Shown piece by piece: positions 6,955 to 7,039 of a stretch of 7,039 nucleotides of DNA. Numbering within the stretch: position 1 is the stretch's first letter; the number at the start of each line of letters is the position of its first letter. Source of the stretch: Octopus sinensis (lineage: Eukaryota); contig NW_021829106.1 of the NCBI RefSeq assembly GCF_006345805.1, positions 1-7,039 on the forward strand, given 5' to 3'. The position numbers and the translations under genes are program-made. A model generated the notes under the pieces. It searched no databases. It saw only the letters and a list, made by a program, of their open reading frames with translations, and had not been told where the DNA came from.

Positions 6955-7039
6955 AGACCCTCCCTGCTTTGGTCACGAATGACCACGGGATTGCACCTAG
7001 AAGGTTCCCCCTCCGAGGTACAATTTCGTGCAAGGCAGT
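6955..7039 (-). mobile_element. Probable 3' end of another SINE/LINE-tail repeat, cut by the window edge
   Basis: AGACCC..TTTGGTCACGAATGACCACGGGATTGCACCTAGAAGGTTCCCCTCCGAGGTACAA resembles, from memory, an abundant Octopus interspersed repeat; contains the stem-loop GGTCA-CGAA-TGACC at 6971-6984. Confidence 0.55.

Overview
Non-coding, AT-rich, microsatellite-dense animal genomic DNA (intronic or intergenic). The mix of (TACA/TATG)n, (TA)n, (CA)n, (ATT)n and (AG)n tracts with the SINE families seen is typical of Octopus/coleoid cephalopod genomes; this is recognised from memory, not from a search. No protein-coding gene is supported, and most listed ORFs are translations of simple repeats or SINEs. 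Interspersed repeats are three copies of one tRNA-derived SINE (the 5798-6018 copy is intact with a 14-bp target-site duplication), a probable tRNA/CORE-like SINE fragment, a probable piggyBac-type MITE left end and a SINE 3' end at the right edge. The most unusual feature is on the minus strand at about 6855-6312: a near full-length, diverged 5.8S rRNA copy with no flanking ITS/18S/28S, joined at its mature 3' end to a segment resembling an RTE-clade LINE 5' UTR, then a ~33-bp minisatellite. This is a candidate 5.8S-headed SINE or a 5.8S-RTE template-switch chimera.
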